NCBI GenBank assembly: GCA_030692925.1
Contig: JAUYBY010000028.1
Coordinates: 4,351-68,350 of the forward strand
DNA length: 64,000 nt
Origin: Candidatus Zixiibacteriota bacterium
Lineage (GTDB): Bacteria > Zixibacteria > MSB-5A5 > RBG-16-43-9
Direction: 5' to 3'
The notes under the pieces were generated by a model. The model searched no databases and was not told the origin of the DNA. It saw nothing but the letters and a program-made list of their open reading frames with translations. The position numbers and the translations under genes were made by a program. Positions 56,554 through 64,000 of the stretch are shown here, piece after piece; positions within the stretch are counted from its first letter, which is position 1; each line of letters starts with the position of its first letter.

Positions 56554-58704
56554 ATGAAGAAATTAAGTTTTGCCTTAGGTCTCTTCCTCATCCTCTACTC
56601 CAAGACCTTAGCGGATGGGTTCATCGTCCCGGTTCCCCGCCATCCAGATGAGCCGCTTCCGCCTTACCTCTCGATCAAATATCATCACGTAGAAATTAAA
56701 ATCGATAACCAGGTGGCTCAGACTACAGTTGACCAGGTTTTTAGAAACGATTATCCACGGGATTTAGAAGGAACCTACATATTTCCTCTGCCTGAGGATG
56801 CCTCTATTTCTAAATTTTCAATGTTCGTGGGTGGTGAAGAGCTAAAAGGTGAGATTCTGGACAGGAATAGAGCCAGAGCAATCTACGAGGAGATAGTTCG
56901 CCGTAGAAAAGACCCGGCTCTTTTGGAATATTATAATCAGGGGATGTTCAGGGCTCGGGTCTATCCCATACCTGCACACGGCGAGACCAGGATAAAATTG
57001 GGATATTCTCAGGTCTTGAAATCTGAGAACAACCTCTGCGAATACAAGTATTCTCTTTCCACTGAGAAATTCTCTCAGACTCCATTGGAAAACGTAAGAA
57101 TCGAACTGGTCATCAATTCAGACATTCCGATTAAAAATATCTATTCTCCTACTCAGGATATAAAGATTGAAAGGGAGACTGACCATAGAATAAGGGTCTC
57201 CTATTTTGAGGAGAACGCCAGACCGAATAAGGATTTTGTTCTCTATTATTCCTTATCAGATAAAGACGTGGGGTTCAATCTTTTAAGTTATCAGGATAAA
57301 AAAGAGGGAAACTTCTTTATGGCTCTTTTCTCCCCCAAAATCCAGAGGGCTGATAGGTTCATCAAAAAAAGAGTAATTTTTATTCTGGATACTTCAGGCA
57401 GTATGCAGGGAAAGAAGATGGAACAAGCAAAGAATGCCTTGGTCTTCTGCTTGAACAGCCTGAATCCAGGGGACAGCTTTAATCTGATCGATTTCGATGA
57501 CCAGATCAAGCCTTTCAGTGAAAGACTTCTCCCCACATCCAGGGAAAATATTAATTCCGGAATAAAATTCGTTCAGAATTGCGAAGCAGATGGAGGAACA
57601 GACATTAATTCCGCCCTTTTAGAGGGTCTGAAAAACTTAAACCCTGAAGACAAAACTTCATATATCGTATTTCTGACTGATGGCTTGCCCACTGTAGGAC
57701 TAACTGACATCAAGAGGATACTTGAGAACGTGAAGGGAAAAAACATCTCCAACCGGATTTTCGTCTTCGGAGTGGGCTTTGATGTGAACACTCATTTTCT
57801 GGACAGACTGGCTCAGGAAAATCATGCTACTTCCGATTATGTGACTCCGGATGAGGACATTGAAGTCAAAGTATCCAATTTCTTTAAGAAGATCTCTAAT
57901 CCGATATTATCCGACTTAAGCCTGAAGTTCCCAGGTATCAAAACCTTTGAAATCTATCCCAAAGAACTGCCTGATCTTTTCAGCGGCTCGCAGATACTCA
58001 TTTTAGGAAAATATGAAGGAGAAGGAAGCAGCTCAGCTACTCTGAGCGGATATAGTGGTGAAGAAAAGCAGACCTATTCCTATCGAGTAAATTTTTCACC
58101 CGAGGGAAAAAACAGTTTCATCCCCCGTCTCTGGGCTACAAGAAGGATCGGATATTTAGTTGATCAGATGAGACTTTATGGCCAAAGCACAGAATTAATC
58201 GACGAAATTGTCCGTCTCTCCAAGAGATATGGTATAATAACCCAATATACTTCTTTTCTTGTAGATGCAGATCACCCGATAACTGTCACAGCTGAGAGGC
58301 CAATAATCGAGAAAGGCGTAACCGCTAACCTTCGAACAGTGACTGGCTCAGGCGCAGTTTATCAATCCAAGAATTTACTTGGTCTGCAGGACGCCTTGAA
58401 AGCTCCAGAGGCGTTCATTGACCCTTCAGGTAAAGAGAAGAAAATATCCGGCATAGTCCAGGCAGGGAACAAGACCTTCTTCAAAGAAGGAAACTTCTGG
58501 GTGGATAGTCAATATGACAGCACTCTTAAGATTATAAAAATTCAAAGATTCAGCCCGGCCTATTTCGAGTTAGCAAAAAGGTTCCCGGAATTTGAGAAGT
58601 ATCTTGCCTTAGGTGATAGGGTCATCTTTGTACATCAGAATAAAATGGTTGAGATCTCAGACCAGGGTGAGGAAAAGATCGAGGCCCTCAACCAACTACA
58701 TTAA
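56554..58704 (+). CDS. secreted VIT (vault inter-alpha-trypsin) and von Willebrand factor A domain protein
   Basis: Signal peptide. VIT block (ISKFSMFVGGEELKGEILDRNRARAIYEEIVRRRKDPALLEY...ARVYPIPAHGETRI). vWA with MIDAS (DTSGSM...TDG). Confidence 0.8.
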   Translation: MKKLSFALGLFLILYSKTLADGFIVPVPRHPDEPLPPYLSIKYHHVEIKIDNQVAQTTVDQVFRNDYPRDLEGTYIFPLPEDASISKFSMFVGGEELKGEILDRNRARAIYEEIVRRRKDPALLEYYNQGMFRARVYPIPAHGETRIKLGYSQVLKSENNLCEYKYSLSTEKFSQTPLENVRIELVINSDIPIKNIYSPTQDIKIERETDHRIRVSYFEENARPNKDFVLYYSLSDKDVGFNLLSYQDKKEGNFFMALFSPKIQRADRFIKKRVIFILDTSGSMQGKKMEQAKNALVFCLNSLNPGDSFNLIDFDDQIKPFSERLLPTSRENINSGIKFVQNCEADGGTDINSALLEGLKNLNPEDKTSYIVFLTDGLPTVGLTDIKRILENVKGKNISNRIFVFGVGFDVNTHFLDRLAQENHATSDYVTPDEDIEVKVSNFFKKISNPILSDLSLKFPGIKTFEIYPKELPDLFSGSQILILGKYEGEGSSSATLSGYSGEEKQTYSYRVNFSPEGKNSFIPRLWATRRIGYLVDQMRLYGQSTELIDEIVRLSKRYGIITQYTSFLVDADHPITVTAERPIIEKGVTANLRTVTGSGAVYQSKNLLGLQDALKAPEAFIDPSGKEKKISGIVQAGNKTFFKEGNFWVDSQYDSTLKIIKIQRFSPAYFELAKRFPEFEKYLALGDRVIFVHQNKMVEISDQGEEKIEALNQLH

Positions 58705-58788
58705 GGCTACGGGGCGAGGAAAACTCGCCCCTGCCCTAAAATCAACCCCGCCTCGCTTATTGCTCAGCATTTTTTCCTCTTTTCTTCC

Positions 58789-58822
58789 TTGAACCCTTGA
58801 CCCCTTAATCCTCGAGCCCTTA
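58789..58822. repeat. degenerate TTGA(A)CCCC tandem motif block, copy 2
   Basis: ttgaacccttgaccccttaatcctcgagccctta, compare 18639-18673. Confidence 0.55.
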
Positions 58823-58903
58823 TTCTTAAATATCTATTGACAAAGCCTATATTTTGATTTTTATTTTCCTCAAAGGAGATTCCAATAGTTTTCAGGTGGA
58901 AAG

Positions 58904-59644
58904 ATGAAATGGCAGGTATTACTTGTAATCCTCATGTTTCTTGTGTTTAGCTGCGGGAAAACTGAGGAAAAGGACTCTTCTATGGAGAATAATGCTCAGC
59001 CAGATTCCCTGAGGATGCAGGAGAAAAGGGACTGGATGGTAAAAGCCCAGATTGAAAGCCGGGGGGTCAAAGACTCTATGGTTTTAAAAGCCATGAGAAA
59101 AGTCCCCAGACATCTTTTCGTCCCTAAGAGCTATCAGGAAGAAGCATATGCAGATGAGCCTTTGCCTATCGGAGAGGGGCAGACTATTTCCCAGCCTTAC
59201 ATAGTTGCCCTGATGACCGAGCTTTTAGGCTTAAAAGGAGGAGAAAAGGTTTTGGAAATAGGAACCGGCTCTGGTTATCAGGCAGCTATCTTGGCTGAAA
59301 TCGCTAAAGAGGTTTACAGTATTGAGATTATCTGCCCCCTGGCTGAAAGGGCTGAAAGCAGTTTGAAGGAATTAGGATACAAGAATGTCACAGTCAAGTG
59401 CGGGGATGGTTACCAGGGATGGAAAGAACATTCCCCATTTGACGGGATAATCGTAACTGCCGCTCCTGATCATATCCCTCAGCCCTTAGTCGACCAGTTG
59501 AAGATTGGAGGAAGATTGGTTATCCCGGTGGGAGAACTTTTTCAGGAGCTTATCCTGGTTACCAAAACTGAAAAAGGTATTAAAAAGGAAAACGTCATCC
59601 CGGTCCGGTTTGTGCCTATGACCGGGGAGGCAGAAAAGAAATGA
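58904..59644 (+). CDS. pcm: protein-L-isoaspartate O-methyltransferase with an N-terminal lipoprotein signal peptide
   Basis: [35 protein letters not shown] motif, preceded by [19 protein letters not shown] (lipobox). Confidence 0.8.
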   Translation: MKWQVLLVILMFLVFSCGKTEEKDSSMENNAQPDSLRMQEKRDWMVKAQIESRGVKDSMVLKAMRKVPRHLFVPKSYQEEAYADEPLPIGEGQTISQPYIVALMTELLGLKGGEKVLEIGTGSGYQAAILAEIAKEVYSIEIICPLAERAESSLKELGYKNVTVKCGDGYQGWKEHSPFDGIIVTAAPDHIPQPLVDQLKIGGRLVIPVGELFQELILVTKTEKGIKKENVIPVRFVPMTGEAEKK

Positions 59645-59691
59645 AACCGAAGAGCTGACAGGTTCGTATTAGGAAGAAAAAAGAGGTAAAG

Positions 59692-60057
59692 ATGGACAGA
59701 AAACTTTATCGTTCCACAAAAAATTCGATGATCGCCGGGGTTTGCGGAGGTATAGGAGAATATCTGAATGTCGATCCGACCATAGTCCGCTTGTTTGCAG
59801 TCCTCTTGATCTTCGCTGAAGGGATAGGGATAATCCTTTATCTTATCGCCTGGATAATCATGCCCCGGGCAGAGGTAGTTGAGGGTGAGACCGTGAGCCA
59901 GAAAGAGTCTGCGTCAAGAAAATATTTACCAGGCTTAATTCTGATCGGGGTAGGCATCCTGTTTTTGCTTAATAATTTAATCCCCTGGTTCCACTTTCAT
60001 TTCATCTGGCCGGTGATCCTTATAATCCTTGGGCTTTTTCTTTTAATCCGGGCTTAA
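59692..60057 (+). CDS. pspC: PspC-domain membrane protein
   Basis: LYRSTKNSMIAGVCGGIGEYLNVDPTIVRLFAVLL PspC signature, plus TM helices. Confidence 0.75.
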   Translation: MDRKLYRSTKNSMIAGVCGGIGEYLNVDPTIVRLFAVLLIFAEGIGIILYLIAWIIMPRAEVVEGETVSQKESASRKYLPGLILIGVGILFLLNNLIPWFHFHFIWPVILIILGLFLLIRA

Positions 60058-60085
60058 ATTTAGAACCAGTTTAACAGGAGGAAAT

Positions 60086-61000
60086 ATGACAGTTTCCAGA
60101 ATAAGGAATGGGGTCATCTTGCTTTCAGTCGGCATAGTTTTACTTTTGAACAACCTGGATTACGTGGACTGGTCAGTCTGGGTTTCCATTTTATCTCTAT
60201 GGCCGGTTCTGCTAATTGCCATCGGCATAGAGAAGATCTTTGCCAAAACCTCTTTGAACTTCTTAGCATACCTTTCACCAATTTTACTCCTCATTGCGAT
60301 TCTGGGTCCAGCTTATTACTATTATCACCACGAGACAGACAACGTTACCTACGATGGTAAGATCTTTCGCTGGGAGAAGGAAATGTCCCCTCCTGTCAAA
60401 AGAGGATTCGCGACCTTCGATTTCAAGGCTGGCACCCTGAAAACCAACGCCAGTCAGGATAAGCTGGTTCTGGCCGAGTTGGATTACTGGAGAAAAGAGC
60501 CTCTTTGTCTTTACAACTACTCTGATAAGGATAGCATCGTCAGGCTGGAGATAAAGGACCGGGACCATTTCTGGAGAGGCTGGTTTAAGCCCGGGATCAA
60601 GAACAGGCACCAATGGGACGTCTTTCTTTCTGATAAAATCCCCTGGGAATTAGCTATCGAGAATGCGGTTATGAGCGGAAACCTTGACTTCTCCGCACTT
60701 ACCGTGGAGAATCTGTCGGTGGATTCCGATGCCAGTACTCTTAAGATAAAATTAGGGAATAAAGCAAAGAATTTAAAAGCCAGGATAGACTCAGACGCTT
60801 CCACCCTTGAGCTTCTCCTGCCTAAAGATGCGGGTCTGAAAATAGAAAACCGTTCTTCCTTAAGCTCCACCAATTTTAAGGATATTTCCATCAACCACGA
60901 AAAGAAAAGGTACTGGACCTCCAACTATGATTCTGCCCCTTCAAAGATAGAGATACTTCTTCACGGAGGCATCTCTACACTCAAGGTAGTAGGCTATTAA
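60086..61000 (+). CDS. PspC-associated membrane protein with a beta-rich C-terminal domain (DUF4097/LiaF-like)
   Basis: 3 N-terminal TM helices, then a 200-aa soluble domain. The gene context with pspC is typical. Confidence 0.35.
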   Translation: MTVSRIRNGVILLSVGIVLLLNNLDYVDWSVWVSILSLWPVLLIAIGIEKIFAKTSLNFLAYLSPILLLIAILGPAYYYYHHETDNVTYDGKIFRWEKEMSPPVKRGFATFDFKAGTLKTNASQDKLVLAELDYWRKEPLCLYNYSDKDSIVRLEIKDRDHFWRGWFKPGIKNRHQWDVFLSDKIPWELAIENAVMSGNLDFSALTVENLSVDSDASTLKIKLGNKAKNLKARIDSDASTLELLLPKDAGLKIENRSSLSSTNFKDISINHEKKRYWTSNYDSAPSKIEILLHGGISTLKVVGY

Positions 61001-61011
61001 ATCCAAAACAT

Positions 61012-61806
61012 ATGCTAAAATCACTTAAATCATTTCGGACACTTGTTGTTTTTCTCGTAATATCTTCTTTTTTATTTTCTTTGAATTGCACTAAGGAAAA
61101 GCCAGATGCTTTTTCCAGAGTGCTGAAGGAGAAAAAGCTGCTGGTGGGAACAGATGCTACATATCCTCCTTTCGAGTCTAAGGACGAGACTGGTAAACTG
61201 GTGGGGTACGATATAGACCTGATGGATGAAATCTGCGATAAGTTAGGGGCTAAGTGTGAATATGTCGTGGTCCCTTTTGACGGTATAATTTCCGGCTTAA
61301 ACAATGAAAAATATGATGCCATCATCTCCTCTTTCACCATCACTCCTGAAAGAGAAACGATAATTGGTTTTTCCAAGCCCTATTATCAGGCAAGCCAGTC
61401 GATAGCAGTAAAACTTGATCGGCAGGGCATCAATTCTCTGACCGACCTTAAGGGTAAGAAAATTGGCGTGCAGTTAGGTACTACCGGCGAGCTTTTAGCT
61501 AAGAAGGTCGATGGAGCAGAAGTTGTCTCCTTCGACAATATCGGTGCGGCTTTTATTGATCTGGAAAACGGAAAATTAGATGCTATAATCAACGACAAAC
61601 CCACCTCCCAGCGAATCATCGCTCTGCGTGGAAATGCAAAGATAGCAGGAACAGACCTCTCCTCAGAGAATTACGGAATTGCAGTGAGAAAAGGGGAGAA
61701 AAGGTTACTGGATGCCATCAACAACGCCCTCACCTCCTTAGAGCTTTCCGGCAAATTAGAGGACCTGAATAAAAAGTGGTTCTCCGTCCAGACCAGGATA
61801 CAGTAA
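61012..61806 (+). CDS. polar amino acid ABC transporter substrate-binding protein (SBP family 3)
   Basis: Lipoprotein-type signal. LVGTDATYPPFE...GYDIDL...DAIISSFTIT family-3 motifs. Confidence 0.8.
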   Translation: MLKSLKSFRTLVVFLVISSFLFSLNCTKEKPDAFSRVLKEKKLLVGTDATYPPFESKDETGKLVGYDIDLMDEICDKLGAKCEYVVVPFDGIISGLNNEKYDAIISSFTITPERETIIGFSKPYYQASQSIAVKLDRQGINSLTDLKGKKIGVQLGTTGELLAKKVDGAEVVSFDNIGAAFIDLENGKLDAIINDKPTSQRIIALRGNAKIAGTDLSSENYGIAVRKGEKRLLDAINNALTSLELSGKLEDLNKKWFSVQTRIQ

Positions 61807-62135
61807 ATTAAAAATCGGAGTGCATTAGCTTGCTGATGCAATAGAAGGTAGAGGAACGGCGCACCGTGCCCCTACGGTTTGAGGACTTGATTCATCAAGC
61901 CCAAATATTTTTGTCCCGGAAAACGGATCCGTAGGATAGGGGAGTATTGCAATACACCCCTATGTTACTTTCTACGTCGGGTCGGGGGACCCGACATCAC
62001 ATTTATAGAAAGAAAATCGGAACGAATTAGCCTGATAAAGCAAGAGCAAGCTCTTGCACTCCAGAGAAACCCCAATATTCCCCTTGACTTCTCTTTCCCA
62101 TTCCTTAAATTTTCGCTAAAATTGGGTATTTTGAT

Positions 62136-62831
62136 ATGTTCCTAAGAGAAATAATCAACTGGATTTCATTTCAGCTTCATATCCTGAAAAATGTCCTTAT
62201 TTTCCTTGCCCCAGCAATACCGATGACCATCAAGCTAACCTTAGTGGCTTTTGCTTTAGCTTTGATTTTAGGACTCCTGATAGGCTTAGCCAGATTATCG
62301 CAGAGAGGCTTGATAAAAGTTTTTTCCAAAATCTATGTGGATGTGTTGAGAGGGATCCCGCTTTTAGTGCAGATTTTCTTCATCTATTTCGGCCTGGGCA
62401 AAATCCTGAATTTAGATCGGTTTTTAGCTGGGGTTATCGCCATTGCAGTATGTTATTCCGCCTATTTAGCGGAGATAATAAGAGCTGGCATCCAGGCAAT
62501 TCACAAGGGTCAGTACCAGGCAGCCCTATCTTTGGGAATGACCCCTTATCAGACTATGAGGTATGTGATTCTGCCGCAGTCCTTAAGGATTATAGTCCCA
62601 CCTGTGGCAAACGAGTTCATAGCATCTTTGAAAGATAGCTCCTTAGTTTCTATTATTGGATTGAGAGAGCTGACCCGTGCAGGCAGGGAATATTACTCCC
62701 AGTATTTTGTAGATTTCCAGACCTGGCTTGTGGTCGGCATAATTTATTTGATAATGACCTTAAGCTTATCTAGATTGGTTGCTTATCTGGAGAAAAAATA
62801 CAGAGTGCATGGTTTTGGAATACCCCACTGA
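62136..62831 (+). CDS. polar amino acid ABC transporter permease (HisMQ family)
   Basis: EAA-like loop and a 5-TM His/Glu/Gln permease pattern (LRGIPLLVQIFFIYFGL). Confidence 0.8.
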   Translation: MFLREIINWISFQLHILKNVLIFLAPAIPMTIKLTLVAFALALILGLLIGLARLSQRGLIKVFSKIYVDVLRGIPLLVQIFFIYFGLGKILNLDRFLAGVIAIAVCYSAYLAEIIRAGIQAIHKGQYQAALSLGMTPYQTMRYVILPQSLRIIVPPVANEFIASLKDSSLVSIIGLRELTRAGREYYSQYFVDFQTWLVVGIIYLIMTLSLSRLVAYLEKKYRVHGFGIPH

Positions 62832-62845
62832 GTTGTGCATAATTC

Positions 62846-62880
62846 GCGTAGGGGCGGAGCTAAACTCCGCCCCTACGCGC
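62846..62880. repeat. perfect 15-bp-stem palindrome cgcgtaggggcggag-ctaaa-ctccgcccctacgcg
   Basis: GTAGGGGCG-family hairpin between the permease and ATPase genes, with no T-run. Confidence 0.6.
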
Positions 62881-62910
62881 TGAAGCCTTACACTCCGATC
62901 GCAGCAAATT

Positions 62911-63639
62911 ATGATTATTCAGACCAGAGAAATCAGCAAAAGATTCGGCGAAATCATTGCCCTGGACGGGGTCAATTTTGAGATTGAAGCAGGTGAGGTT
63001 GTGGTGATAATCGGGCCCTCAGGTTCTGGCAAAAGCACCCTGCTTCGCTGCCTGAATGGTTTGGAGAAAACAGATTCAGGTGAAATCATAATCGATGGGA
63101 TAAAATTAGACAAGGATAAGAGTAGTATCCACAAGGTCAGAGAAGAGCTGGGGATGGTCTTTCAGGAATTCAACCTTTTCCCTCATCTTTCGGTCTTAGG
63201 AAATCTTTGTTTAGCCCAGGAGGCCGTGCGTAAAAGGAGCAAGCCGGATGCCGAGAAAATCTCTCTGGAGCTTTTAAAAAAAGTGGGGCTTTTAGACAAA
63301 AAAGATTCCTTTCCTAATCAGCTTTCAGGCGGGCAACAGCAGAGAGTAGCCATTGCCCGAGCCTTGGCTATGAATCCCAGGATAATGCTATTCGATGAGC
63401 CGACCTCAGCTTTAGACCCTGAGATGATAGGCGAGGTCTTGGAAGTCATGAAGACTTTGGCAAAAGAAGGGATGACCATGCTGGTGGTAACCCACGAGAT
63501 CGGATTTGCACGGGAAGTAGCTAAAAGGATAATCTTTATGGACCAGGGCAAAATCATCGAAGAAGGAAAAACAGAAGATATCCTGAACTCCCCCCAAAAC
63601 CCTCGCACCATAGCATTTTTGAGTAAAGTTTTGAAATAG
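62911..63639 (+). CDS. polar amino acid ABC transporter ATP-binding protein
   Basis: Walker [10 protein letters not shown], signature [15 protein letters not shown], Walker [12 protein letters not shown]. Confidence 0.9.
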   Translation: MIIQTREISKRFGEIIALDGVNFEIEAGEVVVIIGPSGSGKSTLLRCLNGLEKTDSGEIIIDGIKLDKDKSSIHKVREELGMVFQEFNLFPHLSVLGNLCLAQEAVRKRSKPDAEKISLELLKKVGLLDKKDSFPNQLSGGQQQRVAIARALAMNPRIMLFDEPTSALDPEMIGEVLEVMKTLAKEGMTMLVVTHEIGFAREVAKRIIFMDQGKIIEEGKTEDILNSPQNPRTIAFLSKVLK

Positions 63640-63735
63640 AAATTTGTTGGGGTGTATTATTACTACAATACGTCCCTACTCCAATCTTACCGAAAGAGAG
63701 ACAGACTGAAAGTCTGTCCTACCTATCCCCTTAAA

Positions 63736-63766
63736 ACTAAGAGCCCCTTTAGGGGGCTCTTTTAGA
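63736..63766. terminator. bidirectional rho-independent terminator
   Basis: aagagcccc-ttta-gggggctctt flanked by A and T runs, placed between convergent genes. Confidence 0.55.
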
Positions 63767-63789
63767 AGAATAGAAGGAGTGAATAGGAT

Positions 63790-64000
63790 GCTTACTGCAA
63801 ATCTTCGGGTAGAGGCGCTTCATCCGGTAAAGGTTGAAATTCTTCCATAGGCGGTGCTGGCTCGACCTCATCAAATAGAGGGGCAAGCTCCTCTTCTAAT
63901 AAAACTAATTCCGGCTCTGCAGGTAGCTCTTCAGGAGCAATAGACAGTTCCACTTCCTCCTGTTGAGGTAAGACTGGCGCTGGTTCTTCAGAAAGAGGTC
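63790..64000 (-). CDS. C-terminal fragment of an acidic Pro/Glu-rich protein (partial, runs off window end)
   Basis: The reverse strand reads ...LSEEPAPVLPQQEEVELSIAPEELPAEPELVLLEEELAPLFDEVEPAPPMEEFQPLPDEAPLPEDLQ*, with the stop at 63790. Confidence 0.35.

Overview
AT-rich bacterial chromosomal segment with about 55 protein-coding genes, most on the minus strand in the first 41 kb and on the plus strand from 42 kb onward. The organism looks like an FCB-group or candidate-phylum bacterium: OmpA proteins with thrombospondin type 3 repeats, FG-GAP and SBBP repeat proteins ending in dockerin-like modules, a lamin-tail-domain protein with an FlgD-Ig or T9SS-like C-terminus, promoters matching TTGACA/TATAAT, and no obvious Shine-Dalgarno sequences. 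Housekeeping genes dominate (polA N-terminus, fur-nadD, bamD, rimO, lolA, ftsK, hup, lptD, lon, ppiase, mazG, a nagZ-anmK-spoIID cell-wall recycling operon, purQ/purS, pssA/psd, purB, tal, truA, ecfT, rnr, holA, dgt, proline dehydrogenase, and an amino-acid ABC transporter). I found no rRNA, tRNA or CRISPR array. Two things stand out. First, an ECF sigma / anti-sigma / secreted VIT-vWA gene triplet in which the anti-sigma periplasmic domain and the vWA protein share a near-identical 22-residue peptide, although the DNA encoding it has diverged. Second, a HEPN/MNT toxin-antitoxin cassette inserted at the 3' end of purB, flanked by a 40-bp direct duplication that re-creates the purB C-terminus. 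A second HEPN/MNT pair, a small RNase H-like gene sitting between intergenic repeat copies, a LonA that lacks its N-domain, and a gene triplet (outer-membrane protein, LTD protein, beta-barrel) lying downstream of a sigma-54 activator are also notable. The intergenic space is full of GC-rich palindromic MITE/REP-like repeat families built around a CCCCTAC/GTAGGGG core. One copy sits in the 5' UTR of the FG-GAP gene, and another separates ecfT from truA.
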